From Raja brachyura (lineage: Eukaryota): a stretch of DNA of 64,000 bases. The stretch lies in contig OY740791.1 in the NCBI GenBank assembly GCA_963514005.1, forward strand, positions 51,770,001-51,834,000, written 5' to 3'. The notes beneath the pieces are model-generated. The model did no database searches, was not told the DNA's origin, and saw nothing but the letters and a program-made list of their open reading frames with translations. This document shows positions 12,228-25,686 of this stretch, piece after piece (the stretch's first letter is position 1; each line of letters opens with the position of its first letter). A program made the position numbers and the translations under genes.

Positions 12228-13005
12228 TTACCCTTAACAATCTTATATGTTTCAATGAGATCCCCTCTCATCCTTCTAAACTCCAGAGTGTACAAGCCCA
12301 GCTGCTCCATTCTCTCAGCATATGACAGTTCCGCCACCCTGGGAATTAACTTTGTAAACCTACGCTGCACTCCCTCAATAGCAAGAATGTCCTTCCTCAA
12401 ATTAGGGGACCAAAACTGCACACAATACTCCAGGTGTGGTCTCACTATGGCTCTGTACAACTGCAGAAATACCTCTTTGTTCCTATATTCGATTCCTCTT
12501 GTTATGAAGGCCAACATGCCATTCGCTTTCTTCAATGCCTGCTGTCCCTGCATGCTTACTTTCATAGACTGATGTACATGGACCCCCAGATCCCATTGTA
12601 CTTCCCCTTTGCTAATATTACTTTGAATCCCTTCATCCAAATCATTGATGTATATTGTAAATAGCTGCGGTCCCAGCACCGAGCCTTGCGGTACTCCACT
12701 AGTCACTGCCTGCCATTCTGAAAGGGACCCATTAATCCCTACTCTTTGTTTCCTGTCTGCCAACCACTTCTCTTTCCATGTAAGCACTCTACCCCCAATA
12801 CAGTGTGCCCTAATTTTGCCCAATAATCTCCTATGTGGGACCTTATCAAATGCTTTCTGAATGTCCAGGTACACTACATGCACTTTCCTAGTTACATCTT
12901 CAAAAAATTCCGAAAGATTAGTCAAGCATGATTTCCCCTTCGTAAATCCATGCTGACTCGGACCGATCTTGTTACTGTTATCCAAATGTTCGGCTAGCTC
13001 ATCCT
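12228..13005 (-). mobile_element. CR1 RT fragment, convergent with the previous fragment (duplicate at 21619-22396)
   Basis: [49 protein letters not shown]; an internal deletion removes FADD. Confidence 0.92.
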
Positions 13006-13009
13006 TCAA

Positions 13010-13433
13010 TACGGCGCCCCTAGTGGATTGATGAACTGTACACTGCAAGATCCAGGAAGCGAGCAGGCGAGATCATCCCAGACCCCTTTCACCCTGGCCG
13101 AAAACTCATTGAATCACTTCCTTCTGGAAGGCGACTCCGGACTGTCAAAGCTGCCACAGCCAGACATAAAAACAGTTTTTATCCACGAGTAGTTGCTATC
13201 GGATAAACAGCCATAAATCTGAAGCCTGCCTTTGATCTGGTATTTTGTTGGTTCACATGCTTGATCAATGGTGTTTTATCATTAATGTTTTATTATTATT
13301 AATGTTTAGTGTTTTCTGAGTCATTTGTAACTGTCACTGTATGTCATGTTGTTACTTGTGGGTGGAGCATCAAGGCAAATTCGTTGTATGTGAATACTTG
13401 GCCAATAAACTTACTTACTTACTTACTTACTTA
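13010..13433 (+). mobile_element. Rex1/Babar-like LINE 3' end with (TTAC)n tail (duplicate at about 22401-22828)
   Basis: HPG..L.ESLPSGRRLRT..A.T.RHKNSFYP C-terminus, then AATAAA and (CTTA)n. Confidence 0.75.
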
Positions 13434-16291
13434 TTGAAACATGTAAAAGAGGAGCAGGAGTGGATTATTTGGCACTTTGAGCCTGTTCCATCATTCAACA
13501 CAACCTACACTATCAATCCCATATTACAATTCTTTCCCTATAATAATTGATGCCATTTGTGTCAAAAGAAAATCTATCCCCGACTTAACTGGATTCAGTT
13601 ACTTGTCATTGACCATTTTTTTCCGTGGGGTGAATTAGAAGGGCTCACTATATTCAGAATGAAGATAGTTTTCCACATCTCAGCCCTTCAGGTCTTAAGT
13701 CAGCGACGCCTTGTTCTAGATCCTCCAGTCACTGAAAAATCCTTATGCATGGATTTTGTCTAGCTCTACCTGAATTTTGTTTGATTTAGTGAGGTCCCGT
13801 TTATGTCTTCCAAACGGCAGTAACTACTGGCCCAGTGGCTCCTCCTCTCCTCACAGGTTAGCCCTGCCATTCTAAGAATCAGTCTGGTCAGCTTTGGCTG
13901 AATTCCTTCTGTGGCAGGAAAACCCTTTCTCGGGTAAGGAGAACATAACAGCACACACAAGGGGTGGTCTCAGGAATATCCTGTCATATAGCAACAAGAC
14001 ATCTTGTTACTGTGCTCAAAAACTCCAGAAGAGAAGACCAACAAATATCACTTGTCTACTTACTGCGCGCTGCATCACATGTCTGCTTTCAGTGAATAGT
14101 GCACAAAGACGCAGCTATCTTACCAATATTACTGAATCAATCACAATTCATATAGTTCTCAGTCTTTCAGCTTTTCATCAAAATATCATGTTTATCCACA
14201 ATATTATGGATAGGAAATGTATGGAGCGGCATGGGTTAGGTGCAGGCAGTTGGGACTGGTTCAGATAGACAACTTGGTCAGCATGTGTGCATTGGGCCGA
14301 TGGGCCTATTTCCATGCTGTACAGCTCTATGACTCTATGTCACATCTGTGTGTATATTTGGACACTAGCTCAAATGACTGAGATCACCTGGAAATCTCTT
14401 TGCATCCTCTTTGATTCTCCTAATTACTCTCAGTTTCATGTAATGAAACTTAGAAATATTAAATATACTTCCTTGTCAAAATCATTAATGTACATTGAAA
14501 ATAACAGGCTCAAGCAATGGTTTGAATGGTGGCTCATTAGTCATCATGTTGCACCCTAAGGAAGTCTCGGTTCCCAGCCTGCCAAATAATTTTCAATCCA
14601 TCCCAGTTGAACATTGCCAAATTCACATTTTTAAATATTCCTTGTTGATCTTTTATGCACGACTTTATCAAAGATCTTCTGAAAATTCAACACAACCACT
14701 TCTCCCTGAAGAAAAAAAAAACTCCTGGAGGAACTCAGCAGCTCAGGCAGCGTCTGTGGACGAATATGATTAATCCAACAATTTCTTTTTTTTAAAGATC
14801 AAAACATTGTTTTGGAAAACAGAAACAACAAACAAGGTTATATATTGAAATATTTTCTTACAGCAGGTAGGAAACAGGAAATTTGAAATGTGGGAAAGAA
14901 TAAAGTGCATTTGAATAGTCAAGAGAAACACCGCTATTTTAGATTTTAATCAGTCGGATGTAGCAAAAATAATCAAATTTGTTCCCTTTTTAGTAAAGAT
15001 TCCATCATTGCAATAGGAGAACACATTTAAAAATAAAATTTGAAGAGGTACATCAGTTTTGCAAACTACATTTCACTCATTTTATCCCGTTCATTTAATC
15101 CACTATTACCATTGAAGAATAATGTCTGAAGTTTACTGACCTTCTGCACAGGAACTTGTGTGGAATTCCAGAGAAGCAGCAACGTGGCTTTGAGCCCAGC
15201 ACAGGACAAGCTGAGGTTCCCTCACACTGCACAGTAACTGACGCTGCCTCTTGTCAAACTAAATGACACTCCCCCGCCAGCTCAGGGTTCCGGTACCACT
15301 GGTGTTGATACAAATGGTTTAAGATATAGAATTATACAACTAGTAAAGAGAGAGATGTTCAAAATGGGAACGTTCTGAGCCCAAGGACATTTCATCTGGA
15401 ATCGAACTTGCACCTTTGCAATTTTGAACATTTCGAATGGATCTCAAATGGGAGAGCTCCAGGTGCTTTGCTGCATTCTGCTGAGCCTGATGTTCCACGA
15501 GAGAGCACAAGCAGTCCAGGGGGGTCCTGCCATTTCATGATGAAAAACCTCCAGAGACAGTTGTGTTCATTAAACATGCTGGCAATTCCATTTCACCCAT
15601 TAGGATAAACTGAACCATTCCCGGAGAGAGGACTGGTCCTGGTGAAAGGAGAAAGAACATACTGTTTCCTCACTTGCCCCTTCATGGGAAGGAGCCCACA
15701 GATTTCACCATGGGAACCTTTCACTGTCCTAATGAATGGCCACAATTATTGGTCAGCTGAACAAATCTCGAATGACATTAAAAGAAGCAAAGAGTACAGA
15801 GTGTACACTGGGTGTAGACCTCAGCAGCCATCATTGGGAGAGGCTTGGTCACATGACCACTCACTGAGATGGCCGAACCCTGAAGGATGTGTCTGCCAGG
15901 CTCTTTTCTACAGCATGTAGAGAATGAGCCAACACAAGGGATTGACCTACTTGACTTCCTCCTCTCCTGTCCATCTGCAACAGGTGAATCATTTGACCAT
16001 GGCTTTATAACATGATATTATACCAGAAGAGCATTGCACAGTTCTAATTGAAGAAAATGTTTGTCATTACCAAAGTCATCCCATATTGCTCTGACTGGCA
16101 CAACAGTTTTTGGTGTCATCTTCCCAAAGGAGCTGCAGAGGCTGAGACATTGACTGTTCAAGGTAGTGGACGATTGACTAAAAACTCTACAGAAGTCAGG
16201 AGACGTGGGGAAAGTGGGAAGGTGGTGTTGAGACCAATATTGGATCAACTGTATAGGCCTGAAAAATTGTGCTCCCTCAGACTTTATTCCT

Positions 16292-16321
16292 GAAAAACCT
16301 GGGCCTCATCTTGTGGATTCC
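16292..16321 (-). pseudogene. Truncated duplicate of the gene A leader exon (acceptor, ATG, MRPRFF only)
   Basis: Identical to 6900-6929, then breaks at the duplication junction. Confidence 0.75.
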
Positions 16322-16536
16322 CTGTGGGAAATAACATAAAGTTTTAGACTGAGCCTGTTTGAGACACAGATCTTCAGTACACTTGGAGTCCGCGTTCATA
16401 GCTCACGGAAGGTGACAACACAAGTAGTTAGGATAGTGAAGAAGGCGTATGGTATGCTTGCCTTTAATGCTAATTCCATTGAACGTAAGAGTGAGGAAGT
16501 GTCTTTTTTGTTTCTAAAGATAAAACTTCAATTGCA

Positions 16537-19500
16537 ATTTCATTTCGGAGTCACGTGAGTGACTTCGTGAAGAGCCCGCCGGCGCGCATGCTCGACATAT
16601 CGTCGTACCGCGTTGCTGCGACGGCTGGCGGTGGAGCGCGCTCCTCGCCAGCCCTTCATAAGGGGCCACGGAGGTAAGTATCCTACCTTTAGTTGGTGGC
16701 CCTTGTTGTTGGTTATGTCTTGCAGCAAGGACATGGATGGGAGTTCCAAGGGCCGGAGGACGTCAGGACGAGTTCGCCGGTCAACAGTTCCGGGGCCTTT
16801 ACCATCGGCAGTACCTGCAACGCAGGCCGGGACTCAGGCGGAGATGTGGGTAAGCCCTGTGATTACAGGTCCAGATCCGCCAGCACACCACAGCTCGGAG
16901 GAGTTCGACGAGGAGGAGTGTGGTGTGCCGCCAGAGCAGGGGGACCCTGCCATGGCAGTCAGGTCGTCAGCGGGCTCGCTGGCGACCTCGAGCTGGGTGC
17001 GTGCGGCTGCACGGCCCGTTCCATACAGCCCTCCGAGTAGGGGAAGGGCAGCAGCCCAGAAGCCTAACCCTGCCAGGGCTAAGGCATTGCCTGACACGGA
17101 GGAGCGGTCAGGTTCCAGGGCGAGACCCGGGGCGGCTGTGAGGTCCAGCCGGCACACCCCGACTCTCGACGCCGGGACGGGTCGGTTGAGTCGGGTCTCG
17201 TCACGGTCGCCGAGCCCCCCATGGATGGGTGGGCGAGACCATGCATCGGCAAAGTCCACGATGTGGGCAGCCGGCAAGCCTGCGTGGGCTTCAGGCAGCC
17301 ATGCTTCGGCTGGTGCCGACACCACGCCGCAAGTGCCCTTAGTGGCAGCGGCTTCAGCTCCCGCTACACGGAGGCGGTTGAACACGCCCGCGTGGGAATC
17401 GATTTGTAAGACGCATACTATTCAGAATCCATCCAGAAATACGACAGGAGGTTTTTGAAATTCATCTGGATGGGGCAACTCTGGCAGTATAAGGCTTTGC
17501 CTAATGGGCTCACCACAGCCCCTGGGCAGTATAAGCCTATCAGGGAGGCTAATCCGGTGGTATATTTGCAGACTGATGCAAGCTCCAATGGCTGGGGAGC
17601 TACGGATAATTGCTCTAGTTGTGGGGGCAGATGGGACACCCTTGAGTCAACGATGTTGTTGACTCAAGGGATTAACTATTTGGAGTTGCTGGCAGCATTC
17701 CACGGACTTCGTGCGTATTGTTCCAAGCTTGTTGGAGCACATGTCTGTCTCCAAATAGACAACACCACAGCAGTGGCATACTTAAACCATATGGGTGGTA
17801 CCAGGTCAGTTTCGTGTGACAAATTGGCTAATTCAATTTGGCTCTGGTGTGTTCAAAGAGACATTTGGATTTCAGCTACCTATTTGCCAGGTGAGCTTAA
17901 TACTGTGGCGGACACCATGTCACGCAAATTTAATGACAATATTGAATGGATGTTGCATCCTGAGATTTTTGCTAAAGTCACAGCCAAATCTGGTAAACCG
18001 GACATTGATCTTTTTGCGTCACGGTTGAACCATCAGGTACCAACCTACGTTTCATGGGAACCAGATCCTGGGGCTATAGCGCTAGATGCATTCTCGCTGG
18101 ACTGGGGGAATTGGTTTTTCTATGCCTTCCCCCCGTTTTGCCTCATCAGTCGGGTATTGCGTAAGATTCAGGCAGATGCTGCCAAGGGCATCCTTATTAT
18201 ACCCGACTGGCCCACACAGCCTTGGTATCCGGTGGTCTTTGACATGCTCAACGAACCTTGGGTCCTTTTGAAGGGTTGCCCACAATTGGTTACTCACCCT
18301 GTCTCAGGGGAGCCACATCCCTGCCATGGCTATTTAAATTTGTTGGCTTGCAGATTCTGAACAGGCCGTTAGTCCAATACGGCCTCTCAGCTCGGACCAT
18401 GGATACCATCGGGGCGTCGTGTCGAGAGTCAACAAGGCGAAGATACCGCTCGCATATTAAGAAGTGGGAAGCCTACTGCAGCCGCTCTCGCATCACGTAC
18501 GATGACGTGACAATAACCGACGTCCTGGAATTCCTCGCGGGGTTGCACCATGATGAACACTTAAGTTACAGTGCCATCAACAGCGCCAGAAGTGCGCTCT
18601 CATTCTACCTCAATATTGAGGTAGGATCCAACAGGCTAGTGTCCAGACTCATGCGGGGTATATTCAATATGAATCCGCCTACACCACGCTATAATATCAC
18701 CTGGGATGTCAGGGACGTATTAAACCTGCTCAGGACGTGGTCTCCCATGGAAGGGCTCCAACTGGACAAACTCACCATGAAGCTGTTGATGTTACTAGCG
18801 CTGACTTCAGCTCAGAGGGTACCGACACTACACAAACTTCGTATCCACAGAATGACATCTACCCCTACAGAAGTAGTCTTTTTCATTGACGAGCTACTAA
18901 AGCAGCATAGACCTGGGTGCACAGGGCTGCAGCTGAAGTTCCCGGCATACCCCGCAGATGCCAGGCTATGTTTAGCCTCACATATCCGCCACTATGTCAA
19001 GGTGACGGCACACATCGGAGGAATGGAGAGATACCTGCTGGTCACTCATAAGAGACCTCATCATCGAGTGATAGTCCAGACGATATCCAGGTGGCTTCGA
19101 GTCATCTTGGGTAAGTCAGGTATCGACACTAATGTGTTCAAGTTTCATTCCACCAGGGCTGCATCGATGTCAGCGGCGAGGATTATGGTGGTGCCTATGG
19201 ACCAAATTCTCGCCACAGCAGGATGGGCTAATGAAGCTGTGTTCCAGCATTTTATAACAAGCCTGTTGCTGCTCCTCTACAGTTCGCAGAAGCCGTGCTG
19301 AATGCAGGTCAAGAACGTGGAGATGTCCCCGCATGAGGGGTTTTGATTTGTTATTCATAAATATGCTCTTGTTTTGCAGTATGAACTATTGAGCAAGTTT
19401 GTTCCTCCCATCCATCCCTGGTAGTGGTGTGTCAGCATGGACGTGGTCCAGGGCGTGTAATCACAGAAGCTTTGAAGTCTTCACGAAGTCACTCACGTGA

Positions 19501-19811
19501 CTCCGAAATGAAATAGTAAGATTGAACGAGAACTTACCAGTTCGAAGGTTGATCTTTATTTTATGAGGAGTCGAAGTGAGGGATTTCGTGCCCTCCTCGC
19601 CCAACCCTCAATCACCTTCATCTGGTAATCTTAGTCACTTCAATCTTACTATGCGGTCATTTCTATTGTTGGTTTCTGTGATTCCACGCCGCTACTTTGA
19701 AGTATGTCGAGCATGCGCGCCGGCGGGCTCTTCACGAAATCCCTCACTTCGACTCCTCATAAAATAAAGATCAACCTTCGAACTGGTAAGTTCTCGTTCA
19801 ATCTTACTATT
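16537..19811 (+). mobile_element. DIRS element copy 2 (RH/MT ORF 17455-18360; YR ORF 18258-19301)
   Basis: Same termini, ICR, RT deletion and YR frameshift as copy 1. Flanks are the same, so it was copied with the duplication rather than inserted independently. Confidence 0.95.
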
Positions 19812-22800
19812 CTTCTGTTCTGGTGTTGCTCACTGTGGGTCAAAGGCTGGATTATAAGGACAGGAACGTTGCCCCATCTCCCACACACTGTTACTGTGCT
19901 GAGGAATGAAGCATCGATATGTCAAAGTGAGGTCCATCAGGGAATGTTGCCACCTGACCCACTACAGACTGCAGGAAAATGTGCTGAGGGACGCGCAGAA
20001 GCTTGGTGCAGCCAACATAAAAACTTTGTGGGGGAGGACCACAGTCTAGGGACCTTCTCCTGCTGGACATTGAGGGATGAGTCTGGTGGGAACACCCCTC
20101 ATACAAGGGAAGGAATATAACCACATGAGTGGTCAGGTTGTTTATTGTAAAGATAAATGCTAATACTATTGAATGTAGAGACACTGAAAGTGTCTGAAGA
20201 TGTTTTTGTGTTGTTTTAGATTGGTATAAAACAAGGAACTGCAGATTCTGGTTTACCAAGAAAAGGCACAACATAATGGAGTAACTCAGCATGTCAGGTA
20301 GCATCCCTGGAGAACATGGCTAGGTGATGTTTTGGGTCAGGACCGTTTTCATAAAAAATAGTTTTGTAAATTGTTTTTATTCTGCCCAAAGTTTATTTTT
20401 AAATTTTAAAAGAAATGTGAGGTTAGAAGGGCACAAGGTGTAATTATTGTGTTTTCCAAGCTCATTCAGAAGATAATATATATCTGACAGATCCCAAGAA
20501 CAATGAGGGATTCTGCCTTTCCACATATCACATTCAGGACCGGAAGCAAAATTCAGAGCAATGGTTAAGGCTGCATTAAGTGCTATCATGCAATTCAACC
20601 ACAATGATTTGTCTATTTTGAGCTCTGGGCTTCCTGTTTTCTGTAGAACTTCCTGTTTTTTTCTCAACTAAGGGGATTAGGATGCAACCGTGGCTGACGA
20701 GAGAAGTTAAGGATGGAATAAAACTAAAAGAAAAGATATATAAAACAGGAAAGAGTAGCCGGAAGCCAGAGGATTGGGAAACTTTCATAGGACAACAAAA
20801 GGAAACTAAACTGGCAATATGGGCTGAAAAGATGAAGTACGAGGGGAAGCTGGCCAGGAATATAAAGAAGGACAGTAAAAGCTTCTTTAGATATGTTAAG
20901 GGAAAAAGAGTAGCAAAGTTAAATGTGGGTCCCTTGAATGCGGACATGGGTGAAATTTTTATGGGTAACAAAGAAATGGCAGAAGAGTTGAACAGGTACT
21001 TCGGATCTGTCTTCACTAAGGAAGACACAAACAATCTCCCAGATATACTGGAGGACAGAGGATCTAAGGGGGTGGAGGAGCTGAAATAAATTTTCATTAG
21101 GCGAGCTATAGTATTGGGTAGGCTAATGGGACTGAAGGATGATAAATCCCCGGTGTCTGATGGTCTGCATCTCAGGGTCTTCAGGAAGGTGGCTCTAGAA
21201 ATAGTGGATGCATTGGTGATCATTTTCCAATGTTCAATAGATTCAGGGTCAGTTTCTGTGGGTTGGAGGATAGCTAATGTTATCCCACTTTTCAAGAAAG
21301 GAGTGAGAGAGAAAATGAGGGATTACAGACCAGTTAGCCTGACTTCGGTGGTGGGAAAGATGATGGAATCAATTATTAACGAGGTAATAATGGGGCATTT
21401 GGATAGTAGTAAAAGGATTATTCCTAGTCAACATGGATTTCTGAAAGGGAAATCATGCTTGACTAATGTTCTGGAATGTTTTGAGGATGTGACAAATAAA
21501 ATGGATGAAGGGGTGCCAGTGGATGTAGTGTATCTTGACTTTCAGAAAGTCTTTGATAAGGTCCTGCACGGGAGACTGGTGACTAAAATTAGAGCACATG
21601 GTATTGGGGGTATTGAGGTTACCCTTAACAATCTTATATGTTTCAATGAGATCCCCTCTCATCCTTCTAAACTCCAGAGTGTACAAGCCCAGCTGCTCCA
21701 TTCTCTCAGCATATGACAGTTCCGCCACCCTGGGAATTAACTTTGTAAACCTACGCTGCACTCCCTCAATAGCAAGAATGTCCTTCCTCAAATTAGGGGA
21801 CCAAAACTGCACACAATACTCCAGGTGTGGTCTCACTATGGCTCTGTACAACTGCAGAAATACCTCTTTGTTCCTATATTCGATTCCTCTTGTTATGAAG
21901 GCCAACATGCCATTCGCTTTCTTCAATGCCTGCTGTCCCTGCATGCTTACTTTCATAGACTGATGTACATGGACCCCCAGATCCCATTGTACTTCCCCTT
22001 TGCTAATATTACTTTGAATCCCTTCATCCAAATCATTGATGTATATTGTAAATAGCTGCGGTCCCAGCACCAAGCCTTGCGGTACTCCACTAGTCACTGC
22101 CTGCCATTCTGAAAGGGACCCATTAATCCCTACTCTTTGTTTCCTGTCTGCCAACCACTTCTCTTTCCATGTAAGCACTCTACCCCCAATACAGTGTGCC
22201 CTAATTTTGCCCAATAATCTCCTATGTGGGACCTTATCAAATGCTTTCTGAATGTCCAGGTACACTACATGCACTTTCCTAGTTACATCTTCAAAAAATT
22301 CCGAAAGATTAGTCAAGCATGATTTCCCCTTCGTAAATCCATGCTGACTCGGACCGATCTTGTTACTGTTATCCAAATGTTCGGCTAGCTCATCCTTCAA
22401 TACGGCGCCCCTAGTGGATTGATGAACTGTACACTGCAAGATCCAGGAAGCGAGCAGGCGAGATCATCCCAGACCCCTTTCACCCTGGCCGAAAACTCAT
22501 TGAATCACTTCCTTCTGGAAGGCGACTCCGGACTGTCAAAGCTGCCACAGCCAGACATAAAAACAGTTTTTATCCACGAGTAGTTGCTATCGGATAAACA
22601 GCCATAAATCTGAAGCCTGCCTTTGATCTGGTATTTTGTTGGTTCACATGCTTGATCAATGGTGTTTTATCATTAATGTTTTATTATTATTAATGTTTAG
22701 TGTTTTCTGAGTCATTTGTAACTGTCACTGTATGTCATGTTGTTACTTGTGGGTGGAGCATCAAGGCAAATTCGTTGTATGTGAATACTTGGCCAATAAA

Positions 22801-25686
22801 CTTACTTACTTACTTACTTACTTACTTATTGAAACATGTAAAAGAGGAGCAGGAGTGGATTATTTGGCACTTTGAGCCTGTTCCATCATTCAACACAACC
22901 TACACTATCAATCCCATATTACAATTCTTTCCCTATAATAATTGATGCCATTTGTGTCAAAAGAAAATCTATCCCCGACTTAACTGGATTCAGTTACTTG
23001 TCATTGACCATTTTTTTCCGTGGGGTGAATTAGAAGGGCTCACTATATTCAGAATGAAGATAGTTTTCCACATCTCAGCCCTTCAGGTCTTAAGTCAGCG
23101 ACGCCTTGTTCTAGATCCTCCAGTCACTGAAAAATCCTTATGCATGGATTTTGTCTAGCTCTACCTGAATTTTGTTTGATTTAGTGAGGTCCCGTTTATG
23201 TCTTCCAAACGGCAGTAACTACTGGCCCAGTGGCTCCTCCTCTCCTCACAGGTTAGCCCTGCCATTCTAAGAATCAGTCTGGTCAGCTTTGGCTGAATTC
23301 CTTCTGTGGCAGGAAAACCCTTTCTCGGGTAAGGAGAACATAACAGCACACACAAGGGGTGGTCTCAGGAATACCCTGTCATATAGCAACAAGACATCTT
23401 GTTACTGTGCTCAAAAACTCCAGAAGAGAAGACCAACAAATATCACTTGTCTACTTACTGCGCGCTGCATCACATGTCTGCTTTCAGTGAATAGTGCACA
23501 AAGACGCAGCTATCTTACCAATATTACTGAATCAATCACAATTCATATAGTTCTCAGTCTTTCAGCTTTTCATCAAAATATCATGTTTATCCACAATATT
23601 ATGGATAGGAAATGTATGGAGCGGCATGGGTTAGGTGCAGGCAGTTGGGACTGGTTCAGATAGACAACTTGGTCAGCATGTGTGCATTGGGCCGATGGGC
23701 CTATTTCCATGCTGTACAGCTCTATGACTCTATGTCACATCTGTGTGTATATTTGGACACTAGCTCAAATGACTGAGATCACCTGGAAATCTCTTTGCAT
23801 CCTCTTTGATTCTCCTAATTACTCTCAGTTTCATGTAATGAAACTTAGAAATATTAAATATACTTCCTTGTCAAAATCATTAATGTACATTGAAAATAAC
23901 AGGCTCAAGCAATGGTTTGAATGGTGGCTCATTAGTCATCATGTTGCACCCTAAGGAAGTCTCGGTTCCCAGCCTGCCAAATAATTTTCAATCCATCCCA
24001 GTTGAACATTGCCAAATTCACATTTTTAAATATTCCTTGTTGATCTTTTATGCACGACTTTATCAAAGATCTTCTGAAAATTCAACACAACCACTTCTCC
24101 CTGAAGAAAAAAAAAACTCCTGGAGGAACTCAGCAGCTCAGGCAGCGTCTGTGGACGAATATGATTAATCCAACAATTTCTTTTTTTTAAAGATCAAAAC
24201 ATTGTTTTGGAAAACAGAAACAACAAACAAGGTTATATATTGAAATATTTTCTTACAGCAGGTAGGAAACAGGAAATTTGAAATGTGGGAAAGAATAAAG
24301 TGCATTTGAATAGTCAAGAGAAACACCGCTATTTTAGATTTTAATCAGTCGGATGTAGCAAAAATAATCAAATTTGTTCCCTTTTTAGTAAAGATTCCAT
24401 CATTGCAATAGGAGAACACATTTAAAAATAAAATTTGAAGAGGTACATCAGTTTTGCAAACTACATTTCACTCATTTTATCCCGTTCATTTAATCCACTA
24501 TTACCATTGAAGAATAATGTCTGAAGTTTACTGACCTTCTGCACAGGAACTTGTGTGGAATTCCAGAGAAGCAGCAACGTGGCTTTGAGCCCAGCACAGG
24601 ACAAGCTGAGGTTCCCTCACACTGCACAGTAACTGACGCTGCCTCTTGTCAAACTAAATGACACTCCCCCGCCAGCTCAGGGTTCCGGTACCACTGGTGT
24701 TGATACAAATGGTTTAAGATATAGAATTATACAACTAGTAAAGAGAGAGATGTTCAAAATGGGAACGTTCTGAGCCCAAGGACATTTCATCTGGAATCGA
24801 ACTTGCACCTTTGCAATTTTGAACATTTCGAATGGATCTCAAATGGGAGAGCTCCAGGTGCTTTGCTGCATTCTGCTGGGCCTGATGTTCCACGAGAGAG
24901 CACAAGCAGTCCAGGGGGGTCCTGCCATTTCATGATGAAAAACCTCCAGAGACAGTTGTGTTCATTAAACATGCTGGCAATTCCATTTCACCCATTAGGA
25001 TAAACTGAACCATTCCCGGAGAGAGGACTGGTCCTGGTGAAAGGAGAAAGAACATACTGTTTCCTCACTTGCCCCTTCATGGGAAGGAGCCCACAGATTT
25101 CACCATGGGAACCTTTCACTGTCCTAATGAATGGCCACAATTATTGGTCAGCTGAACAAATCTCGAATGACATTAAAAGAAGCAAAGAGTACAGAGTGTA
25201 CACTGGGTGTAGACCTCAGCAGCCATCATTGGGAGAGGCTTGGTCACATGACCACTCACTGAGATGGCCGAACCCTGAAGGATGTGTCTGCCAGGCTCTT
25301 TTCTACAGCAGGTAGAGAATGAGCCAACACAAGGGATTGACCTACTTGACTTCCTCCTCTCCTGTCCATCTGCAACAGGTGAATCATTTGACCATGGCTT
25401 TATAACATGATATTATACCAGAAGAGCATTGCACAGTTCTAATTGAAGAAAATGTTTGTCATTACCAAAGTCATCCCATATTGCTCTGACTGGCACAACA
25501 GTTTTTGGTGTCATCTTCCCAAAGGAGCTGCAGAGGCTGAGACATTGACTGTTCAAGGTAGTGGACGATTGACTAAAAACTCTACAGAAGTCAGGAGACG
25601 TGGGGAAAGTGGGAAGGTGGTGTTGAGACCAATATTGGATCAACTGTATAGGCCTGAAAAATTGTGCTCCCTCAGACTTTATTCCT

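Larger units (their letters stand above)
6900..16291. repeat. Tandem segmental duplication, copy 1 (about 9.39 kb)
   Basis: Colinear near-identity with 16292-25686. Offset is 9392, then 9391 after a 1-bp C-run indel, then 9395 after a TTAC unit gain. Confidence 0.97.
16292..25686. repeat. Tandem segmental duplication, copy 2
   Basis: The junction ACTTTATTCCT|GAAAAACCTGGG joins a CR1 fragment to the middle of the gene A leader exon. The uninterrupted CR1 continuation resumes at 25687. Confidence 0.97.

Noticed and set aside
16537-19811. Independent second DIRS insertion, or DIRS-mediated duplication
   Set aside because: Flanks are identical to copy 1, and the duplication breakpoints lie outside the element.
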